A stretch of DNA of 64,000 nucleotides from an uncultured candidate division Zixibacteria bacterium (GCA_963702205.1 OY969724.1:672001-736000), one strand, 5' to 3'; positions 11,624-22,876 are shown, counted from the stretch's first letter. The notes: generated from the sequence alone by a model not told the origin. A program made the numbers and translations.

Positions 11624-13993
11624 TCATTTGGCGTTACTCCACTTCCAGTTCCGGATTTCCGGCATGTCCTGGCCGTGCCTGTCGATATACAGCTTATGCT
11701 TGACGAGCTTGTCCTGTGTCCACCGCTTCAGTTTTGCCCCACTCGCACCCAAGTGTGGCAGGCGATTGATCACATCCTGCACAAGATGGAACCGGTCAAG
11801 ATCATTTAGAACCGTCATGTCGAAGGTCGTCGTTATAGTGCCCTCCTCCTTATAGCCCCTAACATGCATGTTATCGTGGTTGGTACGACGGTAGGTCAAC
11901 CTGTGAACCAGCCAGGGATAACCGTGAAACGCAAAGATGATCGGCTTGTCTTTTGTAAACAACGCATCGAAGTCTTTATCGCTCAGACCGTGCGGATGCT
12001 CCGTATTCGGCTCCAGCTTCATCAGATCGACGACATTGATCACCCGGATCTTCAGGTCGGGAAGATGTTTGCGCAGAATCGAGACAGCGGCGAGCGTTTC
12101 GAGCGTAGGTACGTCGCCACAGCAGGCCATCACCACGTCCGGTTTTGTGCCATGGTCGTTGCTTGCCCATGGCCATACTCCAATCCCCCGCGTGCAGTGC
12201 TCAATCGCAGCATCCATGGTCAACCATTGGGGCGCCTGATACTTGCCGGCAATCACGACATTAACGTAATGCCGGCTCCTGAGACAATGGTCCCAGACCG
12301 ACAGCAGGCAATTGGCGTCCGGCGGAAGGTACACCCGCACGATTGAGGCTTTCTTGTTTACAACGTGATCGATGAAACCGGGGTCCTGATGGGTAAAGCC
12401 GTTATGAGCTTGCTGCCAGACGTGGGAAGCGAGTAGATAGTTTAGCGAGGCGATCTTGCGTCGCCATGGAATTTGCGCTGTGACCTTTAGCCACTTGGCG
12501 TGCTGATTAAACATCGAATCGATAATGTGAATGAATGCCTCGTAACAATTAAACAGACCGTGCCGACCGGTCAGAAGGTACCCTTCGAGCCAACCTTCAC
12601 ACTGATGCTCGCTCAGCATCTCCATTACCTGACCGTCTGACGCAAGAAACTCATCGTTCTCCTGCGTTCGGGCTTCCCACTGACGGTTGGTCGCTTCGAA
12701 AACGGCGTTCAATCGGTTTGAAAGCGTCTCGTCGGGACCAAAGATTCGGAAGTTTCGTTGCTTCCGATTGAGTTTGGCTACGTCGCGCAGGAACTCTCCA
12801 AGCACGTATGTGTCGGCGGCCCGAGTTGAACCTGGTGACGGCACTTTCACCGCGTAAGTTCTAAAGTCAGGCATGATCAGGTCGCGCAGCAGAAGCCCGC
12901 CATTGGCGTGCGGATTAGCGCCCATCCGCCGATTGCCCTTAGGAGCTAGCTCAGACAGTTCCGGCATAAGTCGGCCATTCTCATCAAACAGTTCTTCTGT
13001 CTTGTAGCTATTCATCCAGCTCTCAAGCTGCTGGAGATGCTCGGGATGCTCGGAATCAACGAGAATCGGAACCTGGTGCGCTCGGAATGTGCCCTCAACT
13101 TGCAGGCCATCGACGACTTTGGGTCCTGTCCAGCCTTTGGGTGAATTCAAGACGATCATCGGCCAGCGCGGCCGAGTGGTGTCATTCTTGTTCCGCGCGT
13201 TTCTTTGGATGTGCAGAATGCTCTCGATGGCCTTTTCCATAGTACTAGCCATTAGTTGATGCATCGTCTCGGGCTCATCGCCTTCCACAAAGAGGGGCGT
13301 CCAGCCACAACCACGCAGGAATTGCTCCAATTCCTCACGCTCAATACGGGCCGGCACGGTTGGGTTAGCTATTTTATAACCGTTGAGATGCAGGATAGGC
13401 AGCACGGCTCCATCGGTAATCGGATTAAGAAATTTATTGGAGTGCCATGCTGTAGCCAACGGACCAGTTTCCGCCTCGCCGTCACCGATAACGCACGCAA
13501 CAACCAGTTCCGGGTTGTCGAACACCGCTCCGAAGGCATGGCTGAGCGAGTACCCCAGTTCGCCCCCCTCGTGAATAGACCCCGGACATTCCGGTGATAC
13601 ATGGCTGGGAATCCCACCGGGAAAGGAGAATTGAGTGAACAGTTTCTTTAGTCCAGCCTCATCCTGAGTGATGTTCGGATATACTTCCGTATAAGTGCCC
13701 TCGAGATATGTGTTGCCCACAAGCGCAGGGCCGCCGTGACCGGGGCCCGATATGTAGATCATATCCAGGTCATACTTCTTGATGACCCGGTTCAGGTGTA
13801 CATATATGAAGTTCTGCCCCGGCGTCGTCCCCCAGTGCCCGAGCAGGTTTGGCTTTATGTGCGACAGTCTTAAGGGTTTCCTAAGCAGAGGGTTATTGTA
13901 CAAGTAAATTTGGCCGACCGACAGATAGTTGGCAGCGCGCCAGTAGGCATCCATCTTGTGGAGCAGCTCCGGAGAAAGAGTCTCTGTCTTCAT
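11624..13993 (-). CDS. xfp: Xylulose-5-P/fructose-6-P phosphoketolase
   Basis: [42 protein letters not shown] and GYKEEG motifs. Confidence 0.96.
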   Translation of the reverse strand: MKTETLSPELLHKMDAYWRAANYLSVGQIYLYNNPLLRKPLRLSHIKPNLLGHWGTTPGQNFIYVHLNRVIKKYDLDMIYISGPGHGGPALVGNTYLEGTYTEVYPNITQDEAGLKKLFTQFSFPGGIPSHVSPECPGSIHEGGELGYSLSHAFGAVFDNPELVVACVIGDGEAETGPLATAWHSNKFLNPITDGAVLPILHLNGYKIANPTVPARIEREELEQFLRGCGWTPLFVEGDEPETMHQLMASTMEKAIESILHIQRNARNKNDTTRPRWPMIVLNSPKGWTGPKVVDGLQVEGTFRAHQVPILVDSEHPEHLQQLESWMNSYKTEELFDENGRLMPELSELAPKGNRRMGANPHANGGLLLRDLIMPDFRTYAVKVPSPGSTRAADTYVLGEFLRDVAKLNRKQRNFRIFGPDETLSNRLNAVFEATNRQWEARTQENDEFLASDGQVMEMLSEHQCEGWLEGYLLTGRHGLFNCYEAFIHIIDSMFNQHAKWLKVTAQIPWRRKIASLNYLLASHVWQQAHNGFTHQDPGFIDHVVNKKASIVRVYLPPDANCLLSVWDHCLRSRHYVNVVIAGKYQAPQWLTMDAAIEHCTRGIGVWPWASNDHGTKPDVVMACCGDVPTLETLAAVSILRKHLPDLKIRVINVVDLMKLEPNTEHPHGLSDKDFDALFTKDKPIIFAFHGYPWLVHRLTYRRTNHDNMHVRGYKEEGTITTTFDMTVLNDLDRFHLVQDVINRLPHLGASGAKLKRWTQDKLVKHKLYIDRHGQDMPEIRNWKWSNAK

Positions 13994-14008
13994 AATTCGG
14001 TTTTCCTC

Positions 14009-15223
14009 TTATTGGCCAAGGCCGAGAACACGGCGAACCGTGTTCGCGATCACCCATTCCTCGTCCGTATGAATAACGCGAACAGTCACCCGGCTGGCCG
14101 CAGCTGAAATCACACCTTCATTCGCCGCATTTCGCCTTTCCTCAAGTTCAATTCCGAGAAATCCCAGTCTATCGCAAATCCGGGCGCGAACGATTGGTGC
14201 ATTCTCTCCGATGCCGCCGGCGAACACCAGCGTGTCCAGGCCGCCCAACGCCGCCGCGAAGGCGCCGATCCATTTCATGACCTGGTAACAAAACAGCGCG
14301 ACCGCATCGGCTGCCCGCACATCTTTCGCTTCACGATCTAGCAAGTCACGCATGTCGGAACTGGTCTCCGACACACCGAGCAGCCCGGACTGGAAATTGA
14401 CCATCTCATTGAATCGCTTCGCATCGAGACCTTCGGTGCGTGCCAGATACCAAACCAGTCCGGGATCGAGATCGCCTGAGCGGGTGCCCATTGGCACCCC
14501 GGCGGACGGAGTGAAACTCATGCTAGTATCCACCGGTCTGCCATTGCGCACCGCCGCGAGACTCGCGCCACTTCCGAGATGAGCAAGGATGACCCGGCCC
14601 TGGGCAGCCTCCGTACCGGCCAGGCGGGCCAGTTCGCCCATGATAAACTCATACGATAACCCGTGGAATCCGTACCGCCGCACTCCCTGCACTTCATAGC
14701 GGCGCGGGATTGGCAGTATCTGGGCCACGCGAGGCAGATCGTGATGAAACGCGGTATCGAAACATGCAATCTGCGGCAGATCGGGGAATCGGCGATGAAA
14801 CGCCTCCGTCAAGAGTATCTCCTCCGGCATGTGCTCAGGGTCGTATGGACTGAGCCGGCGCAACTCATCGACCATCTCTGCAGTGATCCGCTGCGGCCTA
14901 CTATACTTCGGCCCGCCATGCACTACGCGATGCCCTACTGCGGTCAACGTGTCACGTTCGCGGCGTTCCTCGATCCAGTCCATCAGTGCACCCACAGCCT
15001 CCGTGTGATTCGGGGCTGTCACTGACAGCGAAAGGTTGTCCGCCTGGTCCAAACCTTTAACCCGCAAGGTAGCCTCCGGTTGTCCGATCCGTTCGACCAC
15101 ACCCTCCAGAAACCTTCGGAGTGAGCCCTCAACCCCGAACACTGCGAACTTGATGCTCGATGAGCCGCCGTTGATCGTCAGGATGCGTTGGTTAGCCGGT
15201 TTCATGGACGACTCCTTAGTCAT
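14009..15223 (-). CDS. ackA: Acetate kinase
   Basis: NGGSSSIK, GHRVVHGG, FDTAFH, YGFHGLS, HLGSGAS and GGIGEN motifs. Confidence 0.95.
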   Translation of the reverse strand: MTKESSMKPANQRILTINGGSSSIKFAVFGVEGSLRRFLEGVVERIGQPEATLRVKGLDQADNLSLSVTAPNHTEAVGALMDWIEERRERDTLTAVGHRVVHGGPKYSRPQRITAEMVDELRRLSPYDPEHMPEEILLTEAFHRRFPDLPQIACFDTAFHHDLPRVAQILPIPRRYEVQGVRRYGFHGLSYEFIMGELARLAGTEAAQGRVILAHLGSGASLAAVRNGRPVDTSMSFTPSAGVPMGTRSGDLDPGLVWYLARTEGLDAKRFNEMVNFQSGLLGVSETSSDMRDLLDREAKDVRAADAVALFCYQVMKWIGAFAAALGGLDTLVFAGGIGENAPIVRARICDRLGFLGIELEERRNAANEGVISAAASRVTVRVIHTDEEWVIANTVRRVLGLGQ

Positions 15224-15842
15224 TCTGCAATCCGAGCGAGGCTAACTCCGCGCGGGTAGACCTGCAATCCTTGTGAAGAATGCTTCGAATCCCCAGACTC
15301 TCCGCGATCTGAACAAACATGGGTGTATTCTCGATATAGACTACCTGCCGGGCCGGCGTCTGGGCTATATCCAGCGCCAGCCGAAATATATCAGCGTCAG
15401 GCTTTCGCAGGTGGACGAAGCAGGAGGAGACAACGAAATCCACAATCCGGTTCAGCTTGAACTTGCGAATCCGATACGCATTCAGTTCGCGCGCCTCGTT
15501 GCTCACCGCAGCAATCTTCAGTCCGTGCCGGACCTTCAAATTAGTGACCAGCTCGATCATCTCCGGGTGAGGTTTCGATTGCGCGAACATGAAGCTCCGA
15601 AATTGAGCCCGTGTGAACAGTCGCTTTTGATAAAAGACAACCCGGCTTAAGTACTCCTCCAGCGTGAGCTTTCCTTCCTCGTAGATATCGAATATCAGGT
15701 GATGCCGCTCTTCTGTTTCGGCCAGCTTCAGCTTGAAATTGGCTGCCGCCCGTTTACGGGCGTGATGGCTCCACCCGTCGGTGAGCAGCACGCCACCGAT
15801 ATCCAGAAACAGGCAATTCGTTGTGGTCTTTCTCTTCATCAT
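15216..15842 (-). CDS. HAD family phosphatase
   Basis: FLDIGGVL, VSN and RKPD motifs; the ATG at 15842 avoids overlap with glgP. Confidence 0.82.
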   Translation of the reverse strand: MMKRKTTTNCLFLDIGGVLLTDGWSHHARKRAAANFKLKLAETEERHHLIFDIYEEGKLTLEEYLSRVVFYQKRLFTRAQFRSFMFAQSKPHPEMIELVTNLKVRHGLKIAAVSNEARELNAYRIRKFKLNRIVDFVVSSCFVHLRKPDADIFRLALDIAQTPARQVVYIENTPMFVQIAESLGIRSILHKDCRSTRAELASLGLQND

Positions 15843-15861
15843 CAATCCTTTCCTGTTCGGA

Positions 15862-18408
15862 TCATCGCTGCCACAAAATCCGTGCGTCTTCCAATGGGAT
15901 CGCAACCCCCTCACGATGCGGTATCACTCGCACTGTATAGTCCGCGGGTGGGCGGGTCGCAGACACAGCCGCGCCGAAAACATGGCCGCCCAAAGAACTC
16001 GGTATTGGGCGAATAGGTTTCATCTCCTGCCGTACAGGTGCATTTCCGGCGATGCCGTTGGCGTAGAGCTCCACGCGAACTGGCTCGGGATCAAGGTCAT
16101 TGAGAAACACCTGTACCTCAAAGGCGTGCCGCTTACCACGAGTTTCAACCGTAACTTCGCCAAACCGCAGCGCGGCCCACTGCTCTTCCAGACTGTGCCG
16201 CCAATCGACTATCTTTTTGCCAACGGCGCCATCGTCGGCCACCCGCTCAAGGAAAGCCGACGCAGCGGGAAGGTAGTGTTGCTCGATATATTCGCGCACC
16301 GTGCGGTCGGCGGAGAAGAGCGGCGTCAACCGCGCCATGCTCTCCCGCATCCGCTTTACCCATGCTACGGGAATGTCGTTCTTGTCTCGGTTATAAAATT
16401 CCGGAACAACTTCTCGCTCGAGCAGGTCGTAAAGCGCCTCAGCTTCGAACGCGTCCCAGGCGGGATCGTCGCCATGCTCCTTGCCATCCCCCAACGCCCA
16501 CCCCACTTCGGGCGCGTATGCTTCCGCCCACCAACCATCCAGTTCCGAGAGATTGATGCCTCCATTAACAAGCACCTTCATACCGCTCGTTCCACTCGCC
16601 TCCCAGGGACGCCTCGGCGTATTAATCCAGACATCCACACCCTGTACCAGTCTCTCCGATAGCAACATGTCGTAATCGCTCAGGAATAGAATGTGGGGGC
16701 GAACATCCGACCTGCGGATGAAATGTATCCACTCTTGGATCAGAGCTTGTCCTGCTTGATCCTGCGGATGGGCCTTCCCGGCGATGACGAGTTGCACCGG
16801 GCGCTTTGAGTCAGACAGCAGTCGGAGCAGGCGCGCCGGATCGTGTAGCAGCAGATTAGGTCTCTTGTAGGTCGCGAAGCGCCGCGCAAAGCCAAGTGTC
16901 AATGTGTTAGGGTCAAACAGATGGTTTGCTCCGCCAACCTCTTCGAGCGACGCGCCCGACGACGTCAGTTGCAGGGACAATCGCTCACGGACATAGTCGA
17001 CCAGGGCCTTGCCTGCGGCGACACGAAATTGCCACAGTCTGGAATCAGAAACGCGGCGAATATCCTGCCCCATACTTTTGGTCGTCCCCAGCCAGCGATC
17101 CTTGCCACAGGCACTGGTCCAGAGATCGTCGGCCGCCGCGGAATCCCAAGTCGGCATGTGGACTCCGTTGGTAACGTATCCGACCGGGATCTCCACCTCG
17201 GGCCAGTGCGGAAAGAGAGACTCAAAGAGATGCCGGCTGACTTCCCCATGCAAGCGACTCACACCATTCACGGCCCCACTCCCCCTAATGGCCAAGTAGG
17301 CCATGTTGAAACTTTCTGATGAATCGTTCGGATCCCGGCGGCCCAGGGCAAGCAAATCGTGGCTTGTTATGCCAAGCTTCTCTTGGGCGTACCGACTGAG
17401 GTATTGCTCGACAAGAGCCGGAGCGAATCGGTCAAACCCAGCAGCCACCGCGGTGTGCGTGGTGAAAAGATTTCCCGCTCGCGTGACGGCCAGTGCTACT
17501 TCAAAGGGCTGCGTTGTTTCTTGCATGAAACTGTAGGCGCGCTCCAACACGGCAAAGGCCGCATGCCCCTCATTAAGATGACAGACTTCCGGTTTGACGC
17601 CAAGCGCACGAAGCAGTCGCCATCCGCCGATACCAAGGAGAAGCTCCTGCTTGAGACGCAGCTCTGACCCGCCGCCGTACAATTCGCTGGTAATCCCACG
17701 ATGAGCAGGGAAATTCGCAGCGTCATTGCTGTCCAGCAAGTACAGCTTTACTCTGCCGACCTGAACCTGCCAGACGCGCAGCCAAACCGAATAACCGGGC
17801 AAGGCAATCTCCAACCGCAACCACTCCCCGTTCTCCTGGCGCAACGGGCTGATCGGCAGCTGGCCCGGGTCATTGTACGGGTAGAGAGCCTCTTGTGCAC
17901 CTTCCCTGTCGATGACCTGGCGAAAGTACCCCTGCTGGTACAGCAAACCCACACCGATCACGGGCACACCCAGATCGCTGGCGGCTTTGAGCTGGTCGCC
18001 GGCGACATTGCCGAGCCCACCCGAGTAAATAGGCAAGGCTTCGCTTAACATAAACTCCATACTGAAGTACGCGACACAGGTCAATGGAGACTTCGCATGA
18101 TGCGTCTGAAACCAAGCGGGCGTCTCCGCCGCCTGCCGCTTGGTTTGCAGGTGATCATCAACGTTCTTGCGAAAGGCAGGGTCAGCCAATACGTGCTCGA
18201 TCCGGTCACGCGAGACCGTCTGCAGAACAACCCAGGGGTTGTGCGTGAACTCCCACAGGTCGGGGTCAAGTTGATACCACACTTCGTCGGTGGCATGATT
18301 CCACGACCACCGCATGTCCAGGGCCAGCTCCGCCAGAGAACTGAAACCATCGATATCCGTGGGTAATGGTTTCCCGACCAGGCTGCCGCTGCGAAAATGT
18401 TTGTTCAT
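15862..18408 (-). CDS. glgP: Alpha-glucan (glycogen/starch) phosphorylase
   Basis: YSGGLG, HLNEGH, FARRFATYKR, GKAHP and EASGTSGMK (PLP lysine) motifs. Confidence 0.95.
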   Translation of the reverse strand: MNKHFRSGSLVGKPLPTDIDGFSSLAELALDMRWSWNHATDEVWYQLDPDLWEFTHNPWVVLQTVSRDRIEHVLADPAFRKNVDDHLQTKRQAAETPAWFQTHHAKSPLTCVAYFSMEFMLSEALPIYSGGLGNVAGDQLKAASDLGVPVIGVGLLYQQGYFRQVIDREGAQEALYPYNDPGQLPISPLRQENGEWLRLEIALPGYSVWLRVWQVQVGRVKLYLLDSNDAANFPAHRGITSELYGGGSELRLKQELLLGIGGWRLLRALGVKPEVCHLNEGHAAFAVLERAYSFMQETTQPFEVALAVTRAGNLFTTHTAVAAGFDRFAPALVEQYLSRYAQEKLGITSHDLLALGRRDPNDSSESFNMAYLAIRGSGAVNGVSRLHGEVSRHLFESLFPHWPEVEIPVGYVTNGVHMPTWDSAAADDLWTSACGKDRWLGTTKSMGQDIRRVSDSRLWQFRVAAGKALVDYVRERLSLQLTSSGASLEEVGGANHLFDPNTLTLGFARRFATYKRPNLLLHDPARLLRLLSDSKRPVQLVIAGKAHPQDQAGQALIQEWIHFIRRSDVRPHILFLSDYDMLLSERLVQGVDVWINTPRRPWEASGTSGMKVLVNGGINLSELDGWWAEAYAPEVGWALGDGKEHGDDPAWDAFEAEALYDLLEREVVPEFYNRDKNDIPVAWVKRMRESMARLTPLFSADRTVREYIEQHYLPAASAFLERVADDGAVGKKIVDWRHSLEEQWAALRFGEVTVETRGKRHAFEVQVFLNDLDPEPVRVELYANGIAGNAPVRQEMKPIRPIPSSLGGHVFGAAVSATRPPADYTVRVIPHREGVAIPLEDARILWQR

Positions 18409-18920
18409 GACTTTGCCTTCATTCGCTCAAGGATTTCATGCGCAGCCACCATCGCCGATTCCGACAACTCGCCGTGTTCCAGGGCCTCCATTAGAGCTGC
18501 AAGCAAATCGTTGAATCCTTCCTCCTTCTGATCCAGCAAAACATGATGCGCTCCCCGGTACAATAGGCCGAGGTTCGGTTCATCTTTCATCAGTGCGTAC
18601 AGTAATGGCGGCCAGGCGGTTTTCTTGAACTTGCTCAAGGCTTCGGCAGCCAACCAGGTCACGTCGGAGTTGCTGTCTGAGAGTGCTTCAATTAACGTTG
18701 GTATTGATCTGGCATCGTTAATTGCGCCGAGTGCTTTGGCGGCTTCCCAGCGAACCTGATCGGACGTAGAATGCTGCAGTGTTTTGTTAAGAGAGGAGAC
18801 TGCGGGTTTGCCCAGAGCCACCAACGATTCCCTGGCTTTCTGACGAACCATACCGTCTTTACTTGCCAGCTTGTCCATTAAGGATTCTATGTTTGTGCCT
18901 GTCAGTGTTTTCGTGGTCAT
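18405..18920 (-). CDS. HEAT-repeat protein
   Basis: VRQKARESL, VRWEAAKALG and VTWLAAEAL repeats. Confidence 0.8.
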   Translation of the reverse strand: MTTKTLTGTNIESLMDKLASKDGMVRQKARESLVALGKPAVSSLNKTLQHSTSDQVRWEAAKALGAINDARSIPTLIEALSDSNSDVTWLAAEALSKFKKTAWPPLLYALMKDEPNLGLLYRGAHHVLLDQKEEGFNDLLAALMEALEHGELSESAMVAAHEILERMKAKS

Positions 18921-18993
18921 GATATCTTCTCCAATTATGTGTTAACCGAGTCCAGGTCAGGCAATTGGTCGCCTGAGTGAAGAAGAAGTGTGA

Positions 18994-19647
18994 CTAGTGG
19001 ATTAACCGATCTTTCCTTAACTGGCTCGCAACGCGATCAGCGACGGAGCTCCTGAATTCATCGCGGGAAGTTGGATCTAACGCTGCACTTGTTACGGACC
19101 ACACCAGTTTGCCATTTCTTCCGGTCACTAAGAGATCAGTTCGGACGCTGAGAACAGTTTCGGTCTCGGTGTAACCTGGATGATAGACATCCTCGTAATT
19201 CGTTACATAAGCGTTCCACTTGCGACTATATGTAGTCACCTGTTCGCTCGTTGTGTATCCCGGCACGTCGTTTGTGATCGCGTCACGCCGGGCCCTGGCA
19301 ACAAGCAAGACACCATCGAAACCTTCTTCTGTCGCCTTCAACCTGACGGCCAGAGTGTCAGGAACGTCCTTTGGAAAGAGCTGGTAGGAGGCTGTGGCGA
19401 CCGTACCTGTATGATCGTTGTTGTTCAGTGCTGCTGTGATCGCGTCCTCCCACATGCGTCGCCTGAGCTGATCTTTTCGCATCGCGATCACCATGATTGT
19501 GTTCATCGGTGCAGCAGCATACGATGGGTCCATCCAGAGATTCGCCTGCTGAGTCGCCCCACAGCCAATCAAGATAACAACACCGACGGTAAAAGATATG
19601 AATAGTGCGATTAGACAAGCATCCCGGTAAGTCCTCTGACTGGTCAT
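18994..19647 (-). CDS. Putative lipoprotein
   Basis: Hydrophobic signal ending ILIGC; RBS AGAGGA before ATG 19647. Confidence 0.65.
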   Translation of the reverse strand: MTSQRTYRDACLIALFISFTVGVVILIGCGATQQANLWMDPSYAAAPMNTIMVIAMRKDQLRRRMWEDAITAALNNNDHTGTVATASYQLFPKDVPDTLAVRLKATEEGFDGVLLVARARRDAITNDVPGYTTSEQVTTYSRKWNAYVTNYEDVYHPGYTETETVLSVRTDLLVTGRNGKLVWSVTSAALDPTSRDEFRSSVADRVASQLRKDRLIH

Positions 19648-19807
19648 TTGAATCCTCTTGTTAGATTTTGTGGACCTACTTCTATACATATGATAACACG
19701 TGTCCTGCGTGTTCTTAGGATGTAGCATATGCCACAATAGGTCGCAGCATCGGCGGCTCTTCCGATCGACGTGTTGGTCACAACGGCAAATCGTCGCGAG
19801 TCAGCTT

Positions 19808-20095
19808 TCAGTCAAACCGCTTTGTGCCCGACTTCATAGCTTTTCCAAGTGAATCCCATGCACTATTGACACCGGCCCTAAGGTCTTCCCATGCGTCTTC
19901 GTGGGCTTCTCTAAGCTCACTGATTCGTTCTTTTGCTACGTTCTGCAGATCCCGTAGGTCTTCGATTTGTTTGTAGTACTTGAGTTGCGCATCCGCCTCC
20001 GCCATATCTGCTTTGGCTTTGAGCCTGTCGATATCAGCGCTCCAAACATCAAACTGTGATTGCATCTTCTTCTCGTAGGCCTCTTTTTTACTCAT
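19808..20095 (-). CDS. Small coiled-coil stress protein (Sll1863-like)
   Basis: KKEAYEKK...W.ADI..LKAKA...EDAWEDLRAGVNSAWDSL pattern; paralog at 26834. Confidence 0.8.
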   Translation of the reverse strand: MSKKEAYEKKMQSQFDVWSADIDRLKAKADMAEADAQLKYYKQIEDLRDLQNVAKERISELREAHEDAWEDLRAGVNSAWDSLGKAMKSGTKRFD

Positions 20096-20292
20096 ATTCG
20101 CTCCTTCTATTTCGCCAATTGGATTAAGTTTACTGGTACAGTTGGGGCGTGTCCAACCCCTTTATCGCGCGGCGGTGGCGTCACTTTTAAAAAGGCACAG
20201 CCACCGAACACTTCCACGCATCGTGCGCTTATGCGATTTTGCCGGAATTAGTTATAATCCTAATTATTAATCTTTGTTTGTCAAACGCCGCA

Positions 20293-20442
20293 TCACACAG
20301 CCCGTCGGCCCGAAATTAGCCTGAAAAGTACTACAATAATAGCAATGACTATCAGAATGTGTACGAGACCGCCTAACGTATAACCAGTTAACAAGCCAAG
20401 AGCCCATAGAATCACCAGTATTACGGCTAATGTCCACAACAC
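20293..20442 (-). CDS. lmo0937-family small membrane protein (49 aa)
   Basis: Manual translation: AAAGGAG RBS, GTG start, MLWTLAVILVILWALGLLTGYTLGGLVHILIVIAIIVVLFRLISGRRAV*. Confidence 0.88.
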   Translation of the reverse strand: MLWTLAVILVILWALGLLTGYTLGGLVHILIVIAIIVVLFRLISGRRAV

Positions 20443-20519
20443 GGGATTCTCCTTTCTTTGTGTTTTGGGGTTGCCACTGATCTACGCATCCATGCGTCAA
20501 CCAGCAGCAATCCTGAATA

Positions 20520-21347
20520 TTATTCGGTCGAGGATTGTGTTGCCTCGATACTCATTTTATTGCTTACACTTTTCACGCCGTGGATATCATTGACAAGCTT
20601 AGTCGCAAGGTCGATCTCGGCCTGATTCTTTGCCGTTCCAGCCAAAGTGACGACGCCTGTGTTTGTCGACACCTTGGTATCATAAACATCTGTTCCGTGA
20701 TGATATAGCAAAGACATCCTGACCTGAGTAGTGATTGAAGCATCGTCAATGTATGTAGCCACTTCATCCACTGTCTTATTCAATGTGGTAGGCTCTTTTA
20801 TCACAGTCGTTTGGTTATCGACGCTTTTGACTCCAGATACGTCTTTGGCGTACTCCGTCGTGAGTTGCTTCTGCGCCTCGCTCGAGGCTTTGCCCTTTAA
20901 TGTCACATTGCCGTTCTTAACTGTAACGTCGGTATCGACGAAACTCACGCTTCGGTGAAACATCAGCGTACTTTTTACTCTCTCAGCCACCCAAGCATCC
21001 GAAAACGCAGCGGAGGGCACAGAGGTAACCTGAAGCATGTTCTTTACGCTCTTGACCCCTGGCAGGCTCGAAACGGTTTCTTCAGCCATTAATTTATGGG
21101 AATCATTGGTGACCGTGCCAGTTATAGTGACATCGCCATCCTTCGATTGAACTCTAATGGAATCACCTTTAAGATAGGTTTTGAAGACATAGGATGAGTT
21201 GGCTGAGTTTTCGATGCGAGTATCGGTTTCCCCTGCTTGTGATTGACAGCCTGGAACGCCGATTATCAGCAGCAAAATGGCCGCCGCCAAAAAGGTGATT
21301 ACATACACTGTTTTGTTTGTCATTTCATGATCTCCTTCGTTTTTCAT
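20520..21347 (-). CDS. BON-domain (OsmY-like) exported protein with three BON repeats
   Basis: Signal peptide, then three G.VT(L/I).G...GVKSV.N repeats. Confidence 0.9.
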   Translation of the reverse strand: MKNEGDHEMTNKTVYVITFLAAAILLLIIGVPGCQSQAGETDTRIENSANSSYVFKTYLKGDSIRVQSKDGDVTITGTVTNDSHKLMAEETVSSLPGVKSVKNMLQVTSVPSAAFSDAWVAERVKSTLMFHRSVSFVDTDVTVKNGNVTLKGKASSEAQKQLTTEYAKDVSGVKSVDNQTTVIKEPTTLNKTVDEVATYIDDASITTQVRMSLLYHHGTDVYDTKVSTNTGVVTLAGTAKNQAEIDLATKLVNDIHGVKSVSNKMSIEATQSSTE

Positions 21348-21464
21348 TTCATAATCTCCTGAACGGTTAATATCTCTTCATGGAGAATGTGCAGGCTGAT
21401 CCGATATGGCCACACGGCATTAAGGAAGATTCCAGTATCAGCCTAAGATCCTCTTTCTTCGTCT

Positions 21465-21593
21465 GCTAACGGCGCCAGAACGGCGGCAACTCCAAAGGAA
21501 AGAGGTGTCTCTTCGCTATTGTGCTCCAGTTGAGCGCGATGAAAGCGACAATAGCGACGAGGCAATTATCAGCGTAAGGGTGCGAATTGTCAT
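21465..21593 (-). pseudogene. Degenerate 5' fragment of a LapA-like membrane gene (paralog of 26360)
   Basis: Across two frameshifts it reads MTIRTLTLII/LVAIVAFIALNWSTIA/ETPLSFGVAAVLAPL, versus MKIRTFLIVIGLIAITAFVALNWSAIMTTTTLSLGVASVQAPL. Confidence 0.7.
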
Positions 21594-21654
21594 ACTCATT
21601 CTCCAAGAAACACTGTGGGTTTTACCCATAATAAGTATAGCTGAATAAATTGGC

Positions 21655-21692
21655 CTGACAATCGGCCAAAGGATTGAAAAGAGATCTAGTCC
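21655..21692 (-). promoter_or_regulatory. Conserved upstream motif, copy 1
   Basis: Minus strand GGACTAGATCTCTTTTCAATCCTTTGGCCGATTGTCAG; similar copies at 24743 and 26261. Confidence 0.7.
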
Positions 21693-22007
21693 ATCAGAGT
21701 GAGGTGTCTGTCGCGGTTTTCATGATTGCGCGCTGGAGTATTGGGGTTTAAAGCAGTTGTGTTGGTGAGATAAACCAGTTGCAGATGATTTCGACGAAGT
21801 AATGCCTGCAATTCATCCAATTTTGAGATTACAGAAGCTGTCAGAGCAGGCCGTTATGCCTACTGATGAACTTGAATGTAACGAGCGTAACGTAGTCGAC
21901 GAATCCAAGTTCACGTTGGATGAGAAAGCCGGTCGGTACTTGGTGAACGACAGATTATGAGACGCCCGGCATCGGAATCCTTCGACGCATAATCGCGACG
22001 GTGCCAC

Positions 22008-22379
22008 TCATGACTCATCCTGGAGTTCTTGCCCAGGTGGGGGTGGGTCAGTTCTATCTCTTCTTTGATCCAGTTGCCGCTCGAGGGTGCTCTCAATCAA
22101 TCTGGTTAACTTATCTGCAGCGCCATCGACGGCTTGATCTACGGTTGAGGCCTGGTGAGTAACAGCGATGGGTTGGCGCCCTTCAAGACGGGCTTCCAGC
22201 ATACAACGCATAGTATCATGGCCGACCTTTTTGTCGCTATTTTCATCACTCAAATGGACTTCCACTCGTGTGATCTGATCGCTGTATCGGCCCAAGGCAC
22301 CTTCCACGAGACCACTGATCTCGGTGGCCAAGGCCCCATGAATTTCGATGTTGTGCCCGCTACTTATTTGGATCTGCAT
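22008..22379 (-). CDS. HPF/RaiA-family ribosome-associated protein
   Basis: MQIQI...ITRVEVHLSDENSDK...RCMLEARL...QAVDGAADKL; GAGGAG RBS. Confidence 0.85.
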   Translation of the reverse strand: MQIQISSGHNIEIHGALATEISGLVEGALGRYSDQITRVEVHLSDENSDKKVGHDTMRCMLEARLEGRQPIAVTHQASTVDQAVDGAADKLTRLIESTLERQLDQRRDRTDPPPPGQELQDES

Positions 22380-22408
22380 GATGTTCTCCTCAGTTAATTT
22401 CCAATTGG

Positions 22409-22843
22409 TCAATAACGGTAAATTCCGGCCAGTCCCGTCTGCCCCGGCATCTTTTCCTTCGGAACGACGACTACCTGCCCGCCCATCTTGACGACCAGTT
22501 CGCCGAGATCATCGAGTAGGTCATTGACCTGCGGATCGTTAAGATCAGCCGTTTCGATTTGACCCGTCGAGCTGTCGAGTCGCCCGGCAATCTGGCGGTC
22601 GGACTCAATTAGAAGCGTCGCGACCCTCCCAGTTGCGGCAGCCATTCCAACTTGAATCAGGTCGTCACTGCCACGAGAATTGGATTTCGCGAGTACGAAA
22701 TCATTATTCAATGCCGCCAGCCGCGCCTGATACTTCGGCTCGACGATTTGCCACGCGCGTTGCCGAAGTTCATCAATAGGCAATTCGGCGGGATTCAAAG
22801 TGAGCCCCGTCTCCATCAGAAGCGCGCCCAAGTCTCCTGACAC
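22409..22843 (-). pseudogene. C-terminal fragment of a baeRF (bacterial archaeo-eukaryotic release factor-like) protein
   Basis: GRVATLLIE...DLLDDLGELV.KMGGQVVVVP..KMP..TGLAGIYRY C-terminus; the N-terminal part is missing. Confidence 0.65.
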
Positions 22844-22876
22844 TCAAGAGATGAGCCCGGAGACGACGGCTTCAGT

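Noticed and set aside
15781..16662. Long plus-strand ORFs such as 15781-16662, 6688-7389 and 432-950
   Set aside because: They are antisense shadows of well-supported minus-strand genes.
20173..20512. Stem-loops at about 20173-20206 and 20471-20510, and the leader at 24550-24700, as riboswitches or ncRNAs
   Set aside because: Pairing is plausible but no family consensus was recognised; an Infernal/Rfam search would be needed.
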